Part shown: positions 1 to 8,573 of the stretch, piece by piece
How the letters are laid out: each line of letters opens with the position of its first letter
Numbering within the stretch: the stretch's first letter is position 1
Assembly (NCBI GenBank): GCA_964421215.1
Contig: CAYQWA010000014.1
Span: forward strand, 29,270 to 93,269
DNA length: 64,000 nt
Reading direction: 5' to 3'
From: an uncultured Bacteroidales bacterium
GTDB lineage: Bacteria > Bacteroidota > Bacteroidia > Bacteroidales > JAADJA01
Made by a program: the position numbers and the translations under genes
The notes under the pieces: model-generated
The model's database searches: none
What the model was told of the DNA's origin: nothing
The model's input: only the letters and a program-made list of their open reading frames with translations

Positions 1-465
1 TCCGGTTTCTTTATCAACCAGGTTAGGTTTCTTTCCAGCATAGTCCACATACATTTTATCTCCTGCTTTGTGCTGAATGTGCATCACTGGATTAGACCTT
101 TTACTCCATCTCTTATAGTGTTCATAAAAGCTGGTGGTTCTTATTCCATCCGGATGTTTTTGGATATACTCCTTCCACAGCAGATGAATGGTTATGCCTG
201 GTTTTTTAATTTCCTTCTCTACATGGGGAAAGAACTTGTACATGGTTTTAAACTTGTCACTGGGCTGCTTTTGAGGCTGGACCATGAACAATTTATCCAG
301 TTCAACATCACTTAGCTTACAAAGATCTTCAATGGAGGTATCCGTTTGCTGCGTGCGCAACAGGTACTTATTGACTGTATTGCGTGAAAGCTCAAGATAA
401 TTACTAATGAATAGCTTGCTTTTGCCTTGCAAATAAAGTTGTAATACTCTTCTTAATTTACTCAT
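1..465 (-). CDS. istA: IS21-family transposase IstA, N-terminal part (runs off the window edge)
   Basis: My own translation of the minus strand from ATG at 465-463 to position 1 has no stop: MSKLRRVLQLYLQGKSKLFISNYLELSRNTVNKYL (HTH) ... HPDGIRTTSFYEHYKRW ... HKAGDKMYVDYAGKK. This is the typical IstA layout. It is absent from the ORF track because it is open at the edge. The listed 70..315 + ORF is its antisense shadow. Confidence 0.8.
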   Translation of the reverse strand, partial: MSKLRRVLQLYLQGKSKLFISNYLELSRNTVNKYLLRTQQTDTSIEDLCKLSDVELDKLFMVQPQKQPSDKFKTMYKFFPHVEKEIKKPGITIHLLWKEYIQKHPDGIRTTSFYEHYKRWSKRSNPVMHIQHKAGDKMYVDYAGKKPNLVDKETG

Positions 466-558
466 AACTATTGTTTTGTTGGCCATAACTTCTACTGTTT
501 TAATCGATTAACAGCTCGAAGTTATGACTTCAATAGTTCAGTAAATCCTTTTTTTACG

Positions 559-678
559 GGTGCTCACTTTGCCCCGGAATGGGGTGCTCACTTTGGCGCG
601 GAATCAGGTGTTCAGTTTGCGGCGGAAAGTGGTGTTCACTTTCACACGGAATTAGGTGCTCAGTTTAGGCGGAATTTC
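559..678. repeat. 5 x 24-bp tandem direct repeats (GGTGYTCASTTT..GGAAT), probable multiple transposase-binding repeats of the IS21 end
   Basis: Units start at 559, 583, 607, 631 and 655 with an exact 24-bp period: ggtgctcactttgccccggaatgg / ggtgctcactttggcgcggaatca / ggtgttcagtttgcggcggaaagt / ggtgttcactttcacacggaatta / ggtgctcagtttaggcggaatttc. They are contiguous with no spacers. Confidence 0.85.
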
Positions 679-1003
679 CAGAAAACCACTAGAAAAAAAA
701 TTATAGGATTGCAATCTTTGATTTAGGTGTGATTCACAAATTTACTTTCCTGAAGTGATCTGGAGGTAATTGTTAAACATAAAGTAAAGTAACTTTAACT
801 GAAATTCTTTTGGTTTATAGATATTTGTTCTACTTAATAGGCATAAATAACCCAAAACATTTTAAGAGTAGTTTTTGGCACAAGCTTGTAACAGGCACAA
901 GTCACCGAACTAAGATTAGCTTTTGATTTGCATGAGTTAGTACTTTTATGTATACCCCCCTTTTTATCTATTTTTCCAGGCCTTGTTTGAAGATAATTAT
1001 ATT

Positions 1004-2503
1004 TTAATTCTTAATGAACTTTCCAGTCCAAAAAACACGATTTGAATGAATATACTGAAGGTAAAACATTCCATTTGGATAACTAGAAACATTAACCTGT
1101 ATACTTTCTGAATTCATAGGCACATTAATTTCTTCAACTTTAACTCCTTGTAAATTATAAATTCTAAAGCACTTATCTCCTTCAACAGAGAGTTCTGAAC
1201 CTTGTATAAAGAATTCTCCTCTTGTAGGATTTGGCCAAACCTTTAGTTCTTTTCCTTCCATTTGAGTTAGTTCAAAAACCTGTACCCCAGTTGCACACCC
1301 CGGTGTATCACAGCCCATGCTGTCTAACTTTATGATCCACATGTTGGCGTGAGTTGAAGTTTCATTTGCCTGGCCGATGGCAATATATCCATTGTCACTA
1401 GTTATTGATACATCATTAAGGTAATTTACATCCCACAAATTAGAAAAATAATAATAGTCATGGATCCAAACACTGTCCAAATTATTATCCAATTTTAAAG
1501 ACCAACCAGTAAAATTTGCCGAAGCTACGGAATCTGTAATATAGGAAAAACCAGTGCACATATAACCGCTATTTATTTTTTTAAAGTTTTTAATGTACCT
1601 ATCAAGCCTGACATCTCCATATTTTCTTTCCTCAATAATATTGCCAACTGAATCAATATTATATATCACAAACTTCCCAATTCTATTATCTGAAGAATAT
1701 ATATATTCACCGTAAATCATTGCGATTAAGTAATTCCCGTCATCTGCCAATTCAACAAAAGCCATATCATCATCTACTTCAGGATTGCCATAATAATGAG
1801 TCCATTGTTCGTTTCCTAAGCTGTCAGTTTTTACTACCATAGCATCCAGCGAGTGATCAATTCCTGGTTTCCAGAAATAGCCACCTATCAAGTATCCACC
1901 ATCTGGTGTTTGGATTACATTCTGACCATGTTCAGCCCACTCATCACCATAGGTCTGGTGCCACAGATAATTTCCATTTTCATCTGTTTTTAATAATATG
2001 GCATCAGAATAGCTTGATTCATCATACCAAACCCATCCCGTTAATAGAAACCCGTCCTGGACTTCTGTAGCATTTATAATTACATTATTATATTCCGGTG
2101 AGTAATATTGAGTCCAGATTGTATCAAGGTCTGTATCCAATTTCATTAATCGGCCATAAGAAACTCCACTTATTGATAAATGATAACCAATACAATAATT
2201 ACTATCCGACATTAACTTCATAGCACCACCGACATTTCCAGGATAATAATTATGATTTGGTTCGTCTAAAATTTTCCAATTCAGTATCTCCCCATAATAA
2301 TTCATTTTAAAGAAAACAAGTCGCTGTGGACTAGTTATATCCCAGATAGATGCATATCCGACGTACTCCTGCCCGTTGTCAATTATTGAAAATCCCTCAA
2401 TACCTAAGATGCTATCAGAATAAATCTCATTAAAGTATATTGGTTCTTGTGCAGATAACAATATTGAACAATAGAATAAAATTGTAATAAGAATGATCTT
2501 CAT
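1004..2503 (-). CDS. Secreted beta-propeller-like repeat protein with T9SS type-A C-terminal sorting domain
   Basis: 499-aa ORF with a signal peptide (MKIILITILFYCSILLSAQ). It has repeated D-G-G-Y-L-I-G-G / DNGYIAIGQ-type units. The C-terminus, KVWPNPTRGEFFIQ...GMFYLQY...GKFIKN, is typical of Por/T9SS CTDs. Confidence 0.75.
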   Translation of the reverse strand: MKIILITILFYCSILLSAQEPIYFNEIYSDSILGIEGFSIIDNGQEYVGYASIWDITSPQRLVFFKMNYYGEILNWKILDEPNHNYYPGNVGGAMKLMSDSNYCIGYHLSISGVSYGRLMKLDTDLDTIWTQYYSPEYNNVIINATEVQDGFLLTGWVWYDESSYSDAILLKTDENGNYLWHQTYGDEWAEHGQNVIQTPDGGYLIGGYFWKPGIDHSLDAMVVKTDSLGNEQWTHYYGNPEVDDDMAFVELADDGNYLIAMIYGEYIYSSDNRIGKFVIYNIDSVGNIIEERKYGDVRLDRYIKNFKKINSGYMCTGFSYITDSVASANFTGWSLKLDNNLDSVWIHDYYYFSNLWDVNYLNDVSITSDNGYIAIGQANETSTHANMWIIKLDSMGCDTPGCATGVQVFELTQMEGKELKVWPNPTRGEFFIQGSELSVEGDKCFRIYNLQGVKVEEINVPMNSESIQVNVSSYPNGMFYLQYIHSNRVFWTGKFIKN

Positions 2504-2521
2504 ATTACAAATATAATAAAG

Positions 2522-2549
2522 GAAACCGGATTTTCAATAATCCGGTTTC
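2522..2549 (-). terminator. Intergenic stem-loop between the two T9SS cargo genes
   Basis: A perfect 10-bp stem GAAACCGGAT / ATCCGGTTTC with an 8-nt loop. On the minus strand it is followed by CTTTATTATATTTG, which is T-rich and also contains TATATTTG, a TAnnTTTG-like -7 box just upstream of the 2503 start. Confidence 0.55.
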
Positions 2550-2560
2550 TTTAATAAATA

Positions 2561-5500
2561 TTATCTCTTTATAGTTGCCTTTTCCACACCAATTGTCTTT
2601 CCCCCGCAATAAGTTCGAATAAGATATACCCCAGTTGGGATATCTTTCACTGAAAGTATCTGCTGTTGTTTTTGCCCATCTATATTAAAGGTTTTAATTT
2701 GCCTTCCCTGGATATCATAAATATCAACTCTTGCACCTTCCACATTACCTATCAACAAATCGATGACTATATATTCATCAGCAGGATTTGGATAAATATT
2801 TACTTTAGAAAAGGATTTGGGGGCTACCTTCTTTGTTTCATTAATAGAGTTTGACTTCATCCCATCATCTGGCATCAGTACCGGTTCTGAATAATCATAC
2901 TCACCAAGATGTACCAGTATGTTCCTAGAATAAGCAGCTGCATTTGTTTGATTATTATCAGCCATTTCTATCAGGATTTCTTTCTGGATTTCAGTCAAAC
3001 CATAAATACCAGTATCGGCTATGTGTAGTTCTTCCACAACTTCGAGGTAATTTATCAAATCGTCATAGAAATTCTGCTGCTGTCCATCCAAAATATATTG
3101 AGTCGGTATCATACCAAATACATCCATAGCTTCTGTAAATTGATTATTCTTTATATAGCTAAAAACCAATTCATACTTTTCGTGTAATCCTGCCTCTTCT
3201 TCAAGTAATACTATTAGGCTGTCAAAACTATTTACATTTATGGTATCAGCAAGGTAGTAACGTTTTAGATTGTTTAAGGCCATTGCACGTTTATGATTAT
3301 ACATCCCTCTCTGAGCTTCCAGTTTTTCCTTGGCTGCCACCATATATTTACCTAACAAAATTTCAGCAAGCATCTCTTGCGTAAAAGGTTGAGATTTTTC
3401 TTCAACCTTATCCATCACTTCTTGTGATTTTGCTGATTGGGGATTGGCAACAAGGATGTCTTTGATCAGTACATTTGGCAATACATCTTCTTTCTCAAGA
3501 GCAGCTATCAAAACCGAGTCACTCAAGTAAGGTGATTTGTTCGATAAACTCATATAAACTTCATAGGCTTCAGGAGGCATACTTTGCAATACTTGCTGCT
3601 CTAACAAAACAGTATTTCCACCATCAATAAGTTCCAAAAATATACTTTGAACACTGTCTGCCGCAATTTTATTCTCTGCCATTCCTTCACGATGATCACC
3701 CCCAGCGCTTCCTCCACTTTCCCCGGAAATACCAGATGGACAACTTTGTGTCTTTTCATAAAATGTACCTTCATTTTCTAGAATAATAAATGGTTCGGGG
3801 GAACGATACTCCGGGACGATATTTACTGGTTCATGAAAATGATGATAATATGTTATCTGTGCATCTAAAAGGTCAATGTTTTCGTAATCGCTAAATTCAG
3901 GACCTACTAGGGGAAAAGTATTATGCAAGCTAAATGTATTACCAGCTTGCATGTCCGTTGCGCCTGGAGCTCCTTGATTATATGAAATTCCTGGCAGAAC
4001 ACATCCCGGTTCTGCCGTTACATATATATCCCTATTGTTCATCACATAGTTGTTACATCGTATTTTTAATCCATCTTGTTGTAAAATACTCCTATTGCAA
4101 TTTTGAGCAGATGTACCAATACGTAGTTTTTCAAAGTAGTTGTTGTATATCTCATTCATTGGTTCACGAGAATCGTTAATGATTATACCTATACCCCAAT
4201 ACTGAGCTCCATAAACATTAATAAATTCATTATCTTCAACATGGTAACCGGTAGAAGAATCGAGATATAAACCCCAGGAATCCACCGGGCTGTCTTTATA
4301 GAAAAAGAATTCATTGCTTGTGATTCTTGCATTAGATAGCGAACCGCAATAAATCCCATAATACGTATCATTAATTTTGGTATGTCTTATATCCGTATAA
4401 TATATGGAAGAACTAGCTGTTGAATAGATCCCATAGTTTAGGTTGAAGAATTCACCATATTCCCATTCTTCACAAGGATTTCCTCCAAGACAAAGCCCAT
4501 CTACAAAGAAAGTAGAATTAAAACTTTTAATACCTGTTCCATATTGGTAAATCTTGCTATTGTTAGAAAAATTATTTCCGTTTAATCTTACTTTATCGAT
4601 TTCACGCATTGAAATGAAGGTAACTTCACCTTGTTCTATAGGGTAATTGATATCTATCGTAAAATCACTTGAATATATAAAATTCCCACTTTCATATGAA
4701 AATCCTGCGGCCGGATATCTATAAAATAGGATACTGTTAAAGTTATTATGAAAGTCTGCATTTACAATATTGACTATACCTCCTGAGTATTTAAGATCTA
4801 CAAACTCGATTTCTTCTTGTCCACTACCATCCACCTTAACAGTTCTAATACCATATTTAGCCATTTCAATACGGCCTTCATTTCGAATTATTACCTTTCC
4901 CTGGTTAGGAAAGGTATGAGCTTTAGTTGGATCGCCCCAAACCTGAATGCCTTGCCACATCCCTGCACACTCATTGCTTATTGTTCCTCCATCAATAACA
5001 AGTAAGCCACCTCTTTTAACTTTTATACTTCTACCTTCACCCATGAATAATGTACCAGTAATATTTAAAACACCGCCTGAATTAATCACTATATCTGAAT
5101 AAGCATGGTGCTCCAACTCATAATTTACTACACCTTCAATAATCTCAGGTACCGGATTATAATTACATGGTAGATCTGCTTCCCAAACTCCACGTCCAAA
5201 GGTTCCGACAGCAATGGTTTTTTTGCCAGAATTGATTTCAAGATCCCTAATTGGAACATGTGGAAGGTTTCCGCTAACGTTTTCGAATTCTACCAGGTTT
5301 TCATTGATATAGAAAAGTCCGTAGTTCGTTCCTACGTAAAGAGATTTATCTGAACTTCCATTTACAAATCCCAATGCATAAATTTTGTAGCTTTGATTGG
5401 CTGGGAAATTATTATATTCAGTCCAAATTGGAGTTCCTGAATTCTCACTATTGCAGAAATAGATATAATTTTCCTGAGCAACATAAAAATGGTCCGGATT

Positions 5501-7714
5501 ATCATAATCAATGGCAATATCCGTCATCCAACCAGTTGTACCCTCAAATGCTCCTAAGTCAACCCAATCATTTGCTCCGGTTCCACCCCCCGTATTGGAT
5601 TTAAACACTCTTAATGGTATAGTGGGTTCATCTCCCTTGCCTCCTCTCCAAATGACGTAAATAATGTTCGGATTAGTTTCACTAATTTCGATTCTCCACG
5701 TTGATGGATCATCCCATTCTGTATTGTCAACAATTTCAATTTGATTTTCAAACCTTTCCCACCTTTCCCATTCACCATTAACGAATTTTTTAAGTCCCCA
5801 TTTCTTAGTATTCCAATTATTTGTATTTTCTCGTTTTAATTCATTCCCACAAACCAAGATTTCAGATGGATTCCCAGGATTAATAGTAAAATATGTTCTC
5901 CAATTCGGAACATTTTCTGGTTTAGGTGTGAAAAAGGAAAAGTTTTCACCTCCATCTTCGGAATATCTACAGGAAAAATGCTGAGCAGTAACATACATAT
6001 TTTGTCCAGTGGTATTGTCCATATCCGGTTTAAAACCATCACCACTTTGAACATGTCTTTCTGCCCAGGTTTTGTCTTCTCTCAATTCATAGATGTTTGA
6101 TCCATTATCATGTTGACCACTTAATAAAACATTCCTATTCTCTTTAGAAGTGGCAATATCATAAACTGTAGCTACAGCAAGACCATTGTTCATCTCCTGC
6201 CAATCATAATTTTCTGAGGGATTTGTATGGTCAAGAACAGTTTTATAAACACCCCCGTCATTTCCTACCCATAAAACGAGATCTTCACCTTCCGTCACTA
6301 TTTCCATGAAGTGTTGATCAACATGGATTTCCATATCGAAATAGTGTTCAGCAGTTATAAGACTCCAAGTACAAAATCCCTCATCCAACAAGTCGGAAGC
6401 CGCATAAATCGGTGCAGTGTTTCCGTGTACCATCCATAATTTTTCACCCACTTTCATTGGTGCAATTGCCCACCCTAAACCACGTTCAGGATTTACACCG
6501 GCATTACAAACGGTGGCTCCTTCTTGAATAGGTAAAGCACCTTTATCTACATAAACATCATTTACAAGGTCATATCTAAATAATCTACTATTCCAATCAT
6601 TATTTAGCTCCGGATCCCACATCATGTTAAAACTAACGACGATAAATAGATATTCAGGAGCAGCTGGAGAAAATTCGATTGTAATTCGTCGATTAGAGGT
6701 GTTATCCGTTGGATCGGGTAGAAAATCAAGATTTGGCAGAAAATTACATTCAGTTGGATTCGCCTGATAATCTATAACCCTAACCGAAGTAGAGCCAGTA
6801 CCGGATGCATAGATTAGGTTGGTCGATGGATCCGGATGCACCTCAATGTCATAAAAATTTCCTGAACATACTTCTTCCCAAACTGGAAATGGCACTAATG
6901 CATCTTCACATTCATAGAGACCTTTGTTCGTTACAACAAATAAATGTACTTTTCCGGGATCAGTAGGAATCGAGATTATTTTTCGCATTTGATGTATCTT
7001 ATTCCCTCCTAATGTCTCGTTTAATCCGATATATTCCCAATCCTCTCCCCCATTTGTGGTTCTCCATACACCAATAGCATTTTGCCACCATAAATGGCCA
7101 GGCATACCTTCTGCACAACCAGTTGTAATGAACCAATTGTCATCGGGATTATGTTCATCAATTGCGATAGATGAAACACCAGAAATCGGTAACTCCAGGT
7201 CTGTTCCACCATTTGTCCAGGACTCTCCACCATTATCTGATACAAATAAGCCGCCAGCTGGGGAGCATGCAAACATTTTGCTATTTATTGGTGGGGCATA
7301 TCTCGGATCAAATTCAATGTAATGTATTTGACCAAGACCTTTAATACTATTTTCATTATTGCCAGGATTCATCTGATAACCATCTTCAGGCATCCTATCG
7401 GGACCAATTAGTTTCCAGTCTAGTACATCACTTGTGTTATCACCATTTTCGATAAATTCGTTCAGATAGTTAGAAACTCCATTGTACCATATTGAAAAGT
7501 CACCATGTGGATACAACTTAGGTTCCCAATAATCTGCTTTTCTCATATATGGATTGTAACCTGTTCCTTGCATACTGTCTAAACCTCTAATCTCGATTAT
7601 AGAATCAAAATAAGTATCCCATGTGGCTTTGATTGTATAAAAATTAGAAGTGTCTTGGGAATATCCAACTGAAAGCAAGACACCAAGGAGAATTGATAAA
7701 ATAGTTTTTTTCAT
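2561..7714 (-). CDS. Giant secreted multidomain protein: BNR/Asp-box propeller region + right-handed beta-helix-like region + helical region + T9SS CTD
   Basis: 1717-aa ORF with a signal peptide (MKKTILSILLGVLLSVGYSQ). Asp-box-like motifs: SDNGGESW, TTNGGEDW, GNDGGVYKT, SEDGGENF. The middle part is G/N/I-rich beta-helix-like repeats. The C-terminus, VNIYPNPADEYIVIDL...GVYLIRT...KATIKR, is a T9SS CTD. Confidence 0.75.
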   Translation of the reverse strand: MKKTILSILLGVLLSVGYSQDTSNFYTIKATWDTYFDSIIEIRGLDSMQGTGYNPYMRKADYWEPKLYPHGDFSIWYNGVSNYLNEFIENGDNTSDVLDWKLIGPDRMPEDGYQMNPGNNENSIKGLGQIHYIEFDPRYAPPINSKMFACSPAGGLFVSDNGGESWTNGGTDLELPISGVSSIAIDEHNPDDNWFITTGCAEGMPGHLWWQNAIGVWRTTNGGEDWEYIGLNETLGGNKIHQMRKIISIPTDPGKVHLFVVTNKGLYECEDALVPFPVWEEVCSGNFYDIEVHPDPSTNLIYASGTGSTSVRVIDYQANPTECNFLPNLDFLPDPTDNTSNRRITIEFSPAAPEYLFIVVSFNMMWDPELNNDWNSRLFRYDLVNDVYVDKGALPIQEGATVCNAGVNPERGLGWAIAPMKVGEKLWMVHGNTAPIYAASDLLDEGFCTWSLITAEHYFDMEIHVDQHFMEIVTEGEDLVLWVGNDGGVYKTVLDHTNPSENYDWQEMNNGLAVATVYDIATSKENRNVLLSGQHDNGSNIYELREDKTWAERHVQSGDGFKPDMDNTTGQNMYVTAQHFSCRYSEDGGENFSFFTPKPENVPNWRTYFTINPGNPSEILVCGNELKRENTNNWNTKKWGLKKFVNGEWERWERFENQIEIVDNTEWDDPSTWRIEISETNPNIIYVIWRGGKGDEPTIPLRVFKSNTGGGTGANDWVDLGAFEGTTGWMTDIAIDYDNPDHFYVAQENYIYFCNSENSGTPIWTEYNNFPANQSYKIYALGFVNGSSDKSLYVGTNYGLFYINENLVEFENVSGNLPHVPIRDLEINSGKKTIAVGTFGRGVWEADLPCNYNPVPEIIEGVVNYELEHHAYSDIVINSGGVLNITGTLFMGEGRSIKVKRGGLLVIDGGTISNECAGMWQGIQVWGDPTKAHTFPNQGKVIIRNEGRIEMAKYGIRTVKVDGSGQEEIEFVDLKYSGGIVNIVNADFHNNFNSILFYRYPAAGFSYESGNFIYSSDFTIDINYPIEQGEVTFISMREIDKVRLNGNNFSNNSKIYQYGTGIKSFNSTFFVDGLCLGGNPCEEWEYGEFFNLNYGIYSTASSSIYYTDIRHTKINDTYYGIYCGSLSNARITSNEFFFYKDSPVDSWGLYLDSSTGYHVEDNEFINVYGAQYWGIGIIINDSREPMNEIYNNYFEKLRIGTSAQNCNRSILQQDGLKIRCNNYVMNNRDIYVTAEPGCVLPGISYNQGAPGATDMQAGNTFSLHNTFPLVGPEFSDYENIDLLDAQITYYHHFHEPVNIVPEYRSPEPFIILENEGTFYEKTQSCPSGISGESGGSAGGDHREGMAENKIAADSVQSIFLELIDGGNTVLLEQQVLQSMPPEAYEVYMSLSNKSPYLSDSVLIAALEKEDVLPNVLIKDILVANPQSAKSQEVMDKVEEKSQPFTQEMLAEILLGKYMVAAKEKLEAQRGMYNHKRAMALNNLKRYYLADTINVNSFDSLIVLLEEEAGLHEKYELVFSYIKNNQFTEAMDVFGMIPTQYILDGQQQNFYDDLINYLEVVEELHIADTGIYGLTEIQKEILIEMADNNQTNAAAYSRNILVHLGEYDYSEPVLMPDDGMKSNSINETKKVAPKSFSKVNIYPNPADEYIVIDLLIGNVEGARVDIYDIQGRQIKTFNIDGQKQQQILSVKDIPTGVYLIRTYCGGKTIGVEKATIKR

Positions 7715-8135
7715 TTTTTTGGTTTTGATGATTTATATATAATCTGAATTTCTCTTCAGACTTCTTCTAATGAATAAATTGTGATCTATTAATTAAGAGA
7801 CACCTCCTTTCTTCAAGATATTTATTACGCAAAAAATATAGGTTCTAAATATTTGCAAAGTTTAGTAGAAAATGGAAATACTGCTATATCCATTTATTCC
7901 ATACAATAGTCGAATACGTTTAACTATTATTTATTGTTAGATTCTTATTGTTTTTAAGAACTTTAAGTTTATTTTTTTGGGGGTATAAATCTACTATACC
8001 CATAATTAAAAGTCAATCCCTGAAAACCACCAAAATTTTTCATAGCTGAAAACCACTAGATAAGATATATGGGATTAAAAATTAACCATCTACAAAAGGT
8101 GGTTTGTTAGCCCAAATATTTGAGCATTTTGAATA

Positions 8136-8151
8136 CTTGTTTATAAACAAG
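8136..8151. repeat. 16-bp perfect palindrome CTTGTTTATAAACAAG
   Basis: Read directly from the sequence; it is its own reverse complement. It lies in the ORF-free 7715-8573 region, 19 bp from the tandem GTGTATCAAAT repeat. Confidence 0.8.
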
Positions 8152-8169
8152 GTAGATGGAAATATAAAT

Positions 8170-8192
8170 GTGTATCAAATCGTGTATCAAAT
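8170..8192. repeat. Tandem direct repeat GTGTATCAAAT x2 (12-bp period)
   Basis: gtgtatcaaat c gtgtatcaaat occupies 8170-8192. It resembles, in inverted orientation, the tandem TTAGTACACA x2 at 9730-9750. Confidence 0.75.
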
Positions 8193-8227
8193 AAAAAGCA
8201 GTTACATTTCAGATAAACATAACTGCT
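8189..8227 (-). terminator. Rho-independent terminator immediately after the tRNA-Ala 3' fragment
   Basis: Minus strand: AGCAGTTA-(15 nt)-TAACTGCT followed by TTTTTATTT, starting 12 nt after the tRNA fragment's discriminator base. Confidence 0.6.
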
Positions 8228-8239
8228 AGATTTTCTGTG

Positions 8240-8286
8240 TGGAGCATATCGGAGTCGAACCGATGACCTCTTGACTGCCAGCCAAG
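8240..8286 (-). pseudogene. Orphan 3' half of a tRNA, anticodon GGC (Ala-like); the 5' half is absent
   Basis: Minus strand: CTTGG-CTGGCAG-TCAAG (anticodon arm, anticodon GGC), AGGTC (variable loop), ATCGG-TTCGACT-CCGAT (T arm), ATGCTCC-A (acceptor 3' strand plus discriminator). U at position 70 would allow the G3:U70 Ala identity pair. The upstream sequence has no D arm or matching 5' acceptor strand. Confidence 0.7.
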
Positions 8287-8573
8287 TTAAAGAGGAGAAA
8301 ATGAATGAAAAGCGCAGAAATTGTAGCAGAATCTTATAGAATCCTAGTTGTTGTTTTAAAATGAATCTGATTATCCTATTGGAAAGACTTTTGTATTGAG
8401 TGATTTTTATAGTGTAGTAGGAGTTTACTGTGGTCCTGATAATTGCTTTAATATGACATCTAGTTCACCTCAATCTAAAAACAACTGTTTAATAAATTTC
8501 CAAAACCACAATGATAGCGTGTTGGAGTGATAAATGTATTATCACAGAATGATTACTAAAACGTAGTTTTAGT

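Larger units (their letters stand above)
1..680 (-). mobile_element. IS21-family insertion sequence, one terminus plus start of istA (partial)
   Basis: The transposase starts at 465. Five phased 24-bp subterminal repeats lie at 559-678, and the sequence ends ...TTTCCA at 680 (IS21-family ends are usually TG...CA). The outer boundary at ~680 is inferred, not proven. Confidence 0.65.

Noticed and set aside
70-315. 81-aa plus-strand ORF from the track
   Set aside because: It is fully contained in, and antisense to, the much better supported IS21 istA reading frame, which runs 465 to 1 on the minus strand.
559-678. Possible CRISPR-like or iteron array
   Set aside because: The five 24-bp units are contiguous with no spacers, and they sit about 95 bp upstream of an IS21 transposase start. 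Subterminal IS21 repeats are the simpler explanation. I saw no cas genes or replication genes.
681-693. The 13-bp exact match GAAAACCACTAGA (681-693 vs 8048-8060) as attL/attR of a cassette
   Set aside because: Exact 13-mer repeats are expected dozens of times by chance in 64 kb of AT-rich sequence. I kept it only as part of the motif-cluster observation, not as a defined att pair.
1-2550. The 10-mer TCCGGTTTCT at 1-10 and at 2541-2550
   Set aside because: This is a single 10-bp coincidence. One copy is inside the transposase coding region and the other is part of a terminator stem. There is no extended similarity.
2666-7322. Numerous 60-90-aa ORFs on both strands nested within the 1717-aa gene, and similar ones inside the C25, histidine kinase, M16 and permease genes
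   Set aside because: All are embedded in long, motif-supported reading frames. They have no independent motifs and are typical of AT-rich sequence.
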